NCBI GenBank assembly: GCA_963666735.1 | Contig: OY762926.1 | Span: 3,232,001 to 3,296,000 of the forward strand | DNA: 64,000 bases | DNA from: Gemmatimonadota bacterium | Lineage (GTDB): Bacteria; Gemmatimonadota; Gemmatimonadetes; Palauibacterales; Palauibacteraceae | Direction: 5' to 3' | In this document: one piece after another, positions 40,931-48,866 of the stretch | How the letters are laid out: the number at the start of each line of letters is the position of its first letter | Position numbering within the stretch: the stretch's first letter is position 1 | Notes under the pieces: model-generated | The model's input: only the letters and a program-made list of their open reading frames with translations | Told to the model about the DNA's origin: nothing | The model's database searches: none | Made by a program: the position numbers and the translations under genes

Positions 40931-41892
40931 CCTATCGGGTCGCATCCCTGTTCTCGGGGATCGGGGGCTTCGATCTTGGCTTCGAGCGTGCCGGGTTCGA
41001 AGTCACGTTTCAGTGCGAGATTGACAAGTTTTGCAGCTCAATTCTTCGACAACACTGGCCGGATGTGGAGCGACATGAAGATATCAGAAACGTCCAGGAC
41101 TCAGACATCCCTATTTCCGACGTTTGGGCAGGCGGATTCCCCTGCCAGGACGTCTCAGTGGCGCGAATGGGGCCGCGAGCTGGGCTTAGGGGGAGACGAT
41201 CTGGACTCTTTTTTGAGTTTTCTCGACTCGTTGAGACAGGTCGCCCCAGAGTTGTTGTCATCGAGAACGTGCCGGGTCTCCTCTCTTCCCATGGAGGCCG
41301 AGACTTCCGAATCGTTATTCAAACTCTGGCCTCGTTCGGGTATGGCGTGGGATGGCGGGTGCTTAACAGCCGGTACTTCGGAGTCCCCCAATCGCGGTCG
41401 CGAGTCTTCATTGTCGGATGCGATCGTGACCGGCGAGGTCCCGCAGAAATACTTTTTGAGTCCGAATGCAGCGCGGGGAATCATCAGAAGAGTCGACCGA
41501 ATGGGAAGAAACCTGTTTCGCCCTTTAAGAGAAGCATTGGAGATCTTGGCAAAGGACCCGTGACTCCGGCCCTTGCATACTGTCTGTATGCCTGTTCGGC
41601 GCGGCACACCGGTACGGATTGGAGCAGGAACTACGTGAGCTACCCGGACGGCCGCGTACGACGCTATATGCCGCTAGAGGCAGAGCGGCTTCAGGGGTTT
41701 CCGGATGGTTGGACGATTCCGGAAGCTGCGGGCTCCCCAGCCGCCGATCCCGATTCTCCACGTTACCACGCACTCGGTAACGCCGTGACGGTCCCCGTAG
41801 CTGAGTGGCTTGCTCGGCGAATCGAAACCTATTTGATGGCGTCTGGGGATCGCGCCCGCTCGCCGGAGTTTGCGTTAGCTCCTGTGGTATGA
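40927..41892 (+). CDS. dcm: DNA (cytosine-5)-methyltransferase
   Basis: LFSGIGG, GFPCQD, ENV, PQSRSR, ERLQGFPD, LGNAV. Confidence 0.95.
   Translation: MTYRVASLFSGIGGFDLGFERAGFEVTFQCEIDKFCSSILRQHWPDVERHEDIRNVQDSDIPISDVWAGGFPCQDVSVARMGPRAGLRGRRSGLFFEFSRLVETGRPRVVVIENVPGLLSSHGGRDFRIVIQTLASFGYGVGWRVLNSRYFGVPQSRSRVFIVGCDRDRRGPAEILFESECSAGNHQKSRPNGKKPVSPFKRSIGDLGKGPVTPALAYCLYACSARHTGTDWSRNYVSYPDGRVRRYMPLEAERLQGFPDGWTIPEAAGSPAADPDSPRYHALGNAVTVPVAEWLARRIETYLMASGDRARSPEFALAPVV
41063..41563 (+). CDS. Overlapping alternative-frame polypeptide (M.EcoHK31I beta-like); start uncertain
   Basis: Frame open 40976-41563; DSPARTS, WPRSGMAWDG, SSLSDAI, KYFLSPNAARGIIRR..L..AL. Confidence 0.65.
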   Translation: MWSDMKISETSRTQTSLFPTFGQADSPARTSQWREWGRELGLGGDDLDSFLSFLDSLRQVAPELLSSRTCRVSSLPMEAETSESLFKLWPRSGMAWDGGCLTAGTSESPNRGRESSLSDAIVTGEVPQKYFLSPNAARGIIRRVDRMGRNLFRPLREALEILAKDP

Positions 41893-43059
41893 TTCGTAAT
41901 AAAGACTGAGCAACCGAGGGTCGGGTCGATCCTCTCTTCTTGTGGGAAACCGGTCGGCTGGTATCGGGCCCGTGTGCTTGAGCAGGCTGACGACCCCGAA
42001 GGTCGGACACTCACTCCTAAGTGTAGCGACCGCATCCTCCGGGACCTCCAGGATGTAGCTGGCACCATCCCAAGTCAGGACCAAGAGGCCCTCGTCAAAC
42101 GCCCAGTGATGATGCTTACACAGGCAGAGCCCATTTGCAATGCCGTCGAGGTCATAATCTGCCCACGGGAGGATATGGGCGGCGTCTACTCCGGCAACCC
42201 GATTGACGGACGTGCGGGGATAACGGTGCCCACACACGACACAAGTCCAGTCGTAAGCAGCGCGAACGTCTTGCCGAAAACGGGCACTGGCCGCTCCGCG
42301 TGCAGCTGCCCAGCGGCGCCACTCACGGACCGTTCGGCGACGAAGCTCTAGCTCGCTAGGGTCTATCTCGTCCACGCGTACGGGAGGCTCCGGGGGTACC
42401 TTGGCCAAGTCTAAAGTTTGGAGGAGATCAGGTACGACATCCTCTCGCCCCTGCCGATAAATCCGAAAGTCCGGCCCTAGTTCTGAGAGTTGATCTTGGA
42501 GGTCGGTTATGATTTGCTCTCCGCGTAGAGGGACTGGCGTTCCGACCGTCACAAGGTCCCTATGTGCGCGGAGCAGTCGCGCGATGTCTTCAGGCAATTC
42601 ATCTGTACAAGCCCAAAGTTGTCTTAGGTTTTGAATGCGATCTGCATAGCCCAACAGTTCAGCGTGCAGGTTGTAATTGCGAAGAATAATATCGCTAATC
42701 GCCACTGTGACACGGCCGGGGCCATGAAGAACTACGCGGCCTAGCTCAATGTGCTCGATAGCGTATCGCTCGGACAGGAGAATAGGTCGTCCACTACCCA
42801 GAGCATCGTCTGCTCGAACTGGAGAAGGCATTAGGAGAGATGCTGCGATCTGGCGGTGAAGATGAATCGACGCATCTTGGATGCGGAGCCTCTTCTTACC
42901 CCCCTGGCTAGTAAGTACTACGCCGGAATCGATCACCCAGTCGCTATCGAATGCGACATGAAAGCGCCGCCCTATGACGTCGGTTGGAGTGACGTTCCCG
43001 TGATTCTCGCTCAACTCGTATTCGCCCCGGCCCCCGCTTGTGCGGCGCGAAATCCTCAC
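41875..43059 (-). CDS. HNH endonuclease (putative restriction enzyme)
   Basis: GGAGG RBS + GTG; FRQDVRAAY..CVVCG, AAHILPW, NGLCLCKHHHWAFDEG; low GC. Confidence 0.88.
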   Translation of the reverse strand: MRISRRTSGGRGEYELSENHGNVTPTDVIGRRFHVAFDSDWVIDSGVVLTSQGGKKRLRIQDASIHLHRQIAASLLMPSPVRADDALGSGRPILLSERYAIEHIELGRVVLHGPGRVTVAISDIILRNYNLHAELLGYADRIQNLRQLWACTDELPEDIARLLRAHRDLVTVGTPVPLRGEQIITDLQDQLSELGPDFRIYRQGREDVVPDLLQTLDLAKVPPEPPVRVDEIDPSELELRRRTVREWRRWAAARGAASARFRQDVRAAYDWTCVVCGHRYPRTSVNRVAGVDAAHILPWADYDLDGIANGLCLCKHHHWAFDEGLLVLTWDGASYILEVPEDAVATLRSECPTFGVVSLLKHTGPIPADRFPTRREDRPDPRLLSLYYESYHRS

Positions 43060-43223
43060 GTTGTCCCTCCGGCAGCATTCTTCGGTGTGTGGGGCACGGA
43101 AGGTCGGCGTAAACCAAGCACCGCACAAGGGGGGATGCAGGGCGGAGCGGACACCGGGCATGGATTGGCGACGGGACGAATGTGTGGGATGTCTCCGGTT
43201 GCGGGGATGTGCGTGGAGTGACG

Positions 43224-43610
43224 TCACGAAGGGGGTGAAGACGTTGCCCGTCCGGAGCTGATCGCTTCGAGCTTCCTGCGCACCCGCTCTACCCTCCGCC
43301 GGTTCACCCCGAAATCGAACAGGCCGACGCGCGAGGTCGACCTTACATGGGCGACGCCGTCCGACGGACACCACCGAAACTCGAGATCATCGCGGAATCC
43401 GAGGCGGGTTCGGCAGACCGCGTGCAGGTGATCGCGCCTCGCCGTGACGATCTGGGTGCGTGGCATGGCGGCCACGACGTCCCGAAGGTGACGAAAGAGT
43501 GTGGCCGGGTCTCCCGAAGTGTGAAACGGTGCCACCCGGTGGATCCACCACTCACCGGGTTTGCTGCTCACATGGTCGTGCCTGAGCCGTCCGAAACGGG
43601 CGTGTCCCAA
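43224..43610 (-). CDS. DUF1499-family protein, N-terminus degenerate
   Basis: GFRDDLEF, HVRSTSRVG..DFGVNRRRVE. Confidence 0.7.
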   Translation of the reverse strand: MGHARFGRLRHDHVSSKPGEWWIHRVAPFHTSGDPATLFRHLRDVVAAMPRTQIVTARRDHLHAVCRTRLGFRDDLEFRWCPSDGVAHVRSTSRVGLFDFGVNRRRVERVRRKLEAISSGRATSSPPS

Positions 43611-43622
43611 TCTTGTTCCGTA

Positions 43623-44789
43623 TCAACGGGGGGTGAAGCGCTGGACCCGGCGGCCGGTGGAGGCTTCGCCCACGTAAATGTTGCCGCGGGAGTCGACGCT
43701 CATCCCGTGCGGGCGCAGGAACTGGCCGAGTTGGCGCCCTCCGCGGCCGAACTCCCCCACGATCTCGAGGTCACTGCGGCGCAGGATCCACACCTTGTGG
43801 TTGGTGCCGTCGGCGAGGTAGAGCCAACGCTGCTCCGGGCCGGGTGAGAACGCGACGACGAAGGCCGAGCCCGAGGCGCGCGTCAGGGGTGCCACGATCT
43901 TCTCGGCCTGGAACGCGCCCTCCTGGTCGAACACCTGGATCCGGTTCCCGCGGCGGTCGGCCACGTAGATGAGGCCGTCGTTGGATCCCGCGAGTCCGTG
44001 GACCGTGGAGAAATGGCGGGGCGGCTCCGAATCCGGCCCGCGGCCCGAGTAGTCGTACTCGTACGTGTCGTCCGGCGGCTCGCCGTAGGCGCCCCAGTGG
44101 CGGAGGTAGGCTCCGGTCTCGCCGTCGAAGACGACGACGCGGCGGTTCCGGTAGCCGTCGGCGATGAAGACCTCGTTGTCGTCGGGGTCGACCCAGATGC
44201 CGGCGGGGCCGCCGAGAAGCTCCGTGTCGTCGCTCCCCGCGTTCTCGTCGTAGCGGCCGATGGTCGTGACGAGGTCGCCGGAGCGCGTGAACTTCATGAC
44301 GCGGTGGTGCCGGTAGGTGCCCACCCACACGTAGTCGTTGTGGTCGACGAAGATGCCGTGCGCGTTGCGCGGGAACTCGGACACCTCCTGCGTCGCGGGG
44401 TCGCCCCACCCTTGAACCACGTTCCCGTCCGCGTCGAACTCGATCACGACCGGGGCCGGGACGCAGCAGGCGCCGATGGGTGGGTCCTGGACCGCGGACG
44501 TCTCCTCCGGGGTCAGCGTCTCGGGCAGGTGCGTGACCCAGACGTGGTCACTCGCGTCGACGAATACGCCCGTCACCGAGCCCATGATCCATAGGTTCGG
44601 CATCTCGCGCGGCCAACCCGGATCGACCGCGAACGACGGCGCGCCGGTATCGGTCGTCTCGCCGGACCCTCCCGCCTCCGGGTTCGCGCATGCCGGAAGG
44701 AGGGCCGCAAGTATGATGAGCGCGGGCGCCCCGACCCCGGTTTCCGCGCGATTCCTCGTCGTTCCCGCGTCCTTCATGCCGTTTCGCAT
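43623..44789 (-). CDS. NHL-repeat lipoprotein (PAL-like beta-propeller)
   Basis: LPAC lipobox, AHGIFVD, IADGYRNRR, YVADRRGNRIQVF. Confidence 0.85.
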   Translation of the reverse strand: MRNGMKDAGTTRNRAETGVGAPALIILAALLPACANPEAGGSGETTDTGAPSFAVDPGWPREMPNLWIMGSVTGVFVDASDHVWVTHLPETLTPEETSAVQDPPIGACCVPAPVVIEFDADGNVVQGWGDPATQEVSEFPRNAHGIFVDHNDYVWVGTYRHHRVMKFTRSGDLVTTIGRYDENAGSDDTELLGGPAGIWVDPDDNEVFIADGYRNRRVVVFDGETGAYLRHWGAYGEPPDDTYEYDYSGRGPDSEPPRHFSTVHGLAGSNDGLIYVADRRGNRIQVFDQEGAFQAEKIVAPLTRASGSAFVVAFSPGPEQRWLYLADGTNHKVWILRRSDLEIVGEFGRGGRQLGQFLRPHGMSVDSRGNIYVGEASTGRRVQRFTPR

Positions 44790-44890
44790 GGCCGTCCTCT
44801 GTCTTCGAGCCGGGTTCCGCCCCGGATCGTTGCCTCCCGGAACGGGAAGATCCACTGTGAACGCTCACCCTCAGCGTGGGAGACCGTTCC

Positions 44891-46048
44891 ATGTCGAGTC
44901 AAATGAAGGCGGGCCTGGTGGCGCTGGGCTGCACGCTCGCGCTGGGGTGCGCGCCCCCGGCGTACGAAGACGCGGGCGACGGCGGGGCCGAGGCGATCGT
45001 GCCCGACCACGTCCTGCCGTCGCGGCCGGAGACGCTCAACTGGGGCTGGTATCCGATCGACAAGGAACCGGTGCTCCGCATCGCCTCCGGCGAAACCGTT
45101 CGGATCCAGACGCTGACCCACGTCGGGGCCACGCAGAATGAGGATCCGGTGGAGTTTCTGACCGGACTCGGCGTGCCCCGGGAGGAGATCCTCGACGACG
45201 TGATCGACTTCTGGGCCTCGCGCGACGACCGTCCCCGCGAAGGCCGCAGCGGCCACGTCATCACGGGTCCGATCCACATCGAGGGCGCGGAGCCGGGTGA
45301 CATGCTTGAGATCCGGATTCTCGACATCGAGACGCGCGTCCCCTGGGGGGTGAACTCCACCAGCGGGCGGGGCGGGATCTTCTCCCCGAGCTATCCCGGC
45401 GCCGCCGCGGGGGACGAACCGCTCGACATCCCGGCCGGCCGGCACCTGATCCGGACGGGTGAAGTGGACGGGCGGGAGGTGGCCTTCTTCTCTCCGGAGA
45501 TCCAGGTGCCGCTGGCGCCGTTCATGGGCATCCTCGCGGTCGCGCCCGATCCGGTCGTGGGAGAGCCGGGGGTGACGGTCGAAGGCGTCCAGGCCTCGCG
45601 CCCGCCGGGGGCCTTCGGCGGCAACCTCGATGTGAAGGATCTCACCGCGGGGACCACGGTCTACCTCCCCGTCTTCCACCGGGGAGCGCTCTTCTACGCG
45701 GGGGATCCGCACGGGGCGCAGGGAGACGGCGAGGTGAGCGGAACGGCCATCGAACAGTCGCTGACGGGCGTGTTCCGCTTCGTCCTCCACAAGGGAGTGT
45801 CGATTCCCGCCCCGCGGGCCGAGACCGCGACGCACTACCTCATCATGGGGATCGATCTGGATCTCGACCGCGCGGCGCGCGAAGCCGTCCGGCTCGTCGT
45901 CGAGTTCCTGGCGGAGGAGAAGGGCCTCGCGCCGGACAAGGCGCTGTCGCTCGCGAGCATCGCCGTGGACTTCCGCGTGAGCGAGGTCGTCGACCTCACG
46001 CAGGTCGTCACCGGGTTCATTCCGAAGAGCATCTTCCTCCAGGAGTGA
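44891..46048 (+). CDS. Acetamidase/formamidase-family lipoprotein
   Basis: TGPIHIEGAEPGD, GGNLD, GDPHGAQGDGEV. Confidence 0.92.
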   Translation: MSSQMKAGLVALGCTLALGCAPPAYEDAGDGGAEAIVPDHVLPSRPETLNWGWYPIDKEPVLRIASGETVRIQTLTHVGATQNEDPVEFLTGLGVPREEILDDVIDFWASRDDRPREGRSGHVITGPIHIEGAEPGDMLEIRILDIETRVPWGVNSTSGRGGIFSPSYPGAAAGDEPLDIPAGRHLIRTGEVDGREVAFFSPEIQVPLAPFMGILAVAPDPVVGEPGVTVEGVQASRPPGAFGGNLDVKDLTAGTTVYLPVFHRGALFYAGDPHGAQGDGEVSGTAIEQSLTGVFRFVLHKGVSIPAPRAETATHYLIMGIDLDLDRAAREAVRLVVEFLAEEKGLAPDKALSLASIAVDFRVSEVVDLTQVVTGFIPKSIFLQE

Positions 46049-48744
46049 AGACTCCACGAGTCGACCAGCGGCACGGACTGCTCCTCACCCGCCGAATCGC
46101 GCTCGGGGCCGCTATCGCCGGCGGCCTGGGCGTCGTCGGTGGGGTCGGCGGCCCCGGGCCCTTCGGCCCCGACGAGTTGCGGGCCCAGGGGGTCGGCGTC
46201 GAGGACCGGCAGGAGATGCGGGCCACCCGCGACGCGGGCCGCACGCTGCGCCTCGACGGCTTCCTGGACGACGCGGTGTGGGAGGAGGCGGAGTTCGTCA
46301 CTTCGTTCTGGCAGCGCGAACCGGACGAGGGCCGGCCCGCCACGCGGCGCACGGAGGTCGCGTTCGCGTTCGACGACGAGGCGCTGTGGGTCGCCGGGCG
46401 GATGTTCACGGACGATCCCGGCGGCATCCAGGCCTACCGCACCCGCCGCGACCAGAACACCGGCTCCGAGCGGCTCCTGGTCTCACTCGATCCCTACCTG
46501 AACCAACGCACGGCGGTTTCCTTCGGGGTGAACGCGGCGGGCAGCCGCACCGACTGGTACCACCCCGAGGACAACGTGACGAACCGCGACTACACGTGGG
46601 ATCCCGTGTGGTCGGCGCGCGTGCAGCGCGACTCGCTCGGGTGGACGGCCGAGATGCGCATGCCGTTCTCGCAGCTGCGCTTCAACGGCGACGAGCGGGC
46701 GTGGGGTGTGAACATCAACCGCTACATGCCCGACATCCAGGAGAACCTCCTGTGGGAACTCGTGGTTCGGAGCGAACCGGGGTGGGCCTCGCGCCTCGGC
46801 GATCTGACCGGACTCGAGGGCGTGCGGGGGAGCCGGGGGATCGAATTTCTCCCCTACGTGGCGGGTGATCTGCGAACTCCCACGAGTGGCCCGATGACGG
46901 GCGTGGTGACGCGGAGCGAATCCCGCGTGGGGGCGGACTTCAAGGTCGGTCTCGGTTCGAGCCTCACGCTCGACGCCGCCGTCAACCCCGACTTCGGACA
47001 GGTCGAGGCGGACCCCGCGGTCGTGAACCTGACGGCGTTCGAGGAGGTCTTCGAGGAGCGCCGCCCGTTCTTCACGGAGGGCCGCCAACTCATGGAAGGA
47101 TTGGGTCCGCGCTACTTCTACTCGCGCCGCATCGGAGCGCCGCCACCGGGACGGGCCGCGGCCGACAGCGTGGTCGCGCCCGATCAGACGACGATTCTCG
47201 GGGCGGGGAAGATGACCGGCCGGCTCCCGGGCGGGACCTCCGTGGGCGCGCTCTTCGCCGTCACCGGCCGCGAGGATGCCCGGGCGTTCCACTTTACGCG
47301 GCGCGGGGCCGCGACGGACACGACCGAGAGCGCCGTCCCGATCGCCCCCTCGAGCGCCTTCGCGGTGGCGAGACTCGAGCAGGAGTTCGGTGAGGAGGGG
47401 TCCACGCTCGGCTTCACGGGGACCACGCTCAGCCGCGAGGGCCGTCCCGAACTCGCCTCGCTCCTCCCGTGGCGCGCCTACGCCGGGGGCACCGACTGGA
47501 ATCTGCGCTTCGGCGGGGGGGAGTACGAACTCACGGGCCACGCGGGGTTTTCCCATCTCAGCGGCAACCCCGAATCGACCCTGCGGGTACAGCGCTCGAG
47601 CGCGCGTTTCTTCCAGCGCCCGGACCGCGAGACCGCGCGGCTGGATCCCTCGCGCTCCGCGCTCTCCGGGTATACGGCGGCTCTCGGGATGGAGAAGGTG
47701 GGGGGGCGGCGCTGGCTGTGGCGCGTGCGAGGCGAAGCCATCTCGCCCGGCTTCGAGATCAACGACGTGGGCCAGATGTTCAACGCGGACCGGCTTACGG
47801 CCGAAGCCGACGTCGCGATCCGCGAGACCCTCCCGACCGCGTTCGCCCGCTCGTGGCGGGTCGGCCTCACCTCGGCGAGCGCGTGGAACTTCGACGGCGT
47901 GCGCACCGAGACGACGCTCGGGGCCGACGCCACCGCCACCTGGCACAACTATCTGCGCACGACGCTCAACGGCGAATACCAGCCTCGCGCGCTCAGCGAC
48001 CACCTGACACGTGGCGGCCCGCTCATGGAGACGCTGGCCCGCTGGCACGCCGGGCTGACGCTCGCCACCGACCGCTCCTTCCGAACCGGCTTCCGCCTCA
48101 TGGGATCCTACGGACGGGATGAAATCGGCGGGTGGATGTACGACGTGAGCGGCTCGCTCACCCTCCGTCCGGGGACGGCGCTCCAGCTCGAGGTCGAGCC
48201 CAGTTACCGGCGCGAGATGGAATCGCGCCAGTACCTCACGACGCTGGCCGGCGGCCGGCGGGCCACGTTCGACCGGCGCTACATCTTCTCCGCCATCGAC
48301 CGCAGCACGCTCGCCCTCCGCCTCCGGGGCGCCTACGCCTTCGGCCCGGACCTCACGCTCGAGGCCTACTTCGAACCGTTCGCGGCGAGCGGACGCCGCC
48401 ACGGCCTGGGCGAACTCCTCGAACCCGGCCACCGGGACCTGCTCGTGTACGGCGCAATGGGCTCAAGCATCGAGCGCCGGGCCGACGGATCGTGGGACGT
48501 GACCCAGGGCGGCGGTTCGTTTACGCTCCCCGACGGAGACTTCAACATCCTCTCCCTGCGCAGCAACGTCGTCCTGCGTTGGGAGTGGCAGCCGGGCAGC
48601 ACGCTCTTCCTCGTCTGGCAGCAGGACCGCTCCGACATGCGGACTTCGGGCGAACTCGTGGACCCCGGCCGCCTCGTCGACAGCCTGCGCTCCCGCGGGC
48701 AACATGTGTTCCTGCTCAAGATCGCCTACTGGCTTCCAATTTGA
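46045..48744 (+). CDS. CBM9-like / DUF5916 outer-membrane protein
   Basis: LDGFLDDAVW, WTAEMRMPFSQLRF, NPDFGQVEAD, ERRPFF. Confidence 0.88.
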   Translation: MKTPRVDQRHGLLLTRRIALGAAIAGGLGVVGGVGGPGPFGPDELRAQGVGVEDRQEMRATRDAGRTLRLDGFLDDAVWEEAEFVTSFWQREPDEGRPATRRTEVAFAFDDEALWVAGRMFTDDPGGIQAYRTRRDQNTGSERLLVSLDPYLNQRTAVSFGVNAAGSRTDWYHPEDNVTNRDYTWDPVWSARVQRDSLGWTAEMRMPFSQLRFNGDERAWGVNINRYMPDIQENLLWELVVRSEPGWASRLGDLTGLEGVRGSRGIEFLPYVAGDLRTPTSGPMTGVVTRSESRVGADFKVGLGSSLTLDAAVNPDFGQVEADPAVVNLTAFEEVFEERRPFFTEGRQLMEGLGPRYFYSRRIGAPPPGRAAADSVVAPDQTTILGAGKMTGRLPGGTSVGALFAVTGREDARAFHFTRRGAATDTTESAVPIAPSSAFAVARLEQEFGEEGSTLGFTGTTLSREGRPELASLLPWRAYAGGTDWNLRFGGGEYELTGHAGFSHLSGNPESTLRVQRSSARFFQRPDRETARLDPSRSALSGYTAALGMEKVGGRRWLWRVRGEAISPGFEINDVGQMFNADRLTAEADVAIRETLPTAFARSWRVGLTSASAWNFDGVRTETTLGADATATWHNYLRTTLNGEYQPRALSDHLTRGGPLMETLARWHAGLTLATDRSFRTGFRLMGSYGRDEIGGWMYDVSGSLTLRPGTALQLEVEPSYRREMESRQYLTTLAGGRRATFDRRYIFSAIDRSTLALRLRGAYAFGPDLTLEAYFEPFAASGRRHGLGELLEPGHRDLLVYGAMGSSIERRADGSWDVTQGGGSFTLPDGDFNILSLRSNVVLRWEWQPGSTLFLVWQQDRSDMRTSGELVDPGRLVDSLRSRGQHVFLLKIAYWLPI

Positions 48745-48866
48745 CGCCGTGAACCGCTTCCGGTAGTCCGTAGTGCGCGCTGTCGTAGCCATCCGTAGAT
48801 CGCCATCTTGATGGACGTCCCCGTACCCCAAGCGCACTCCCACGAACCATCCTCCAGGAGGTCCCG

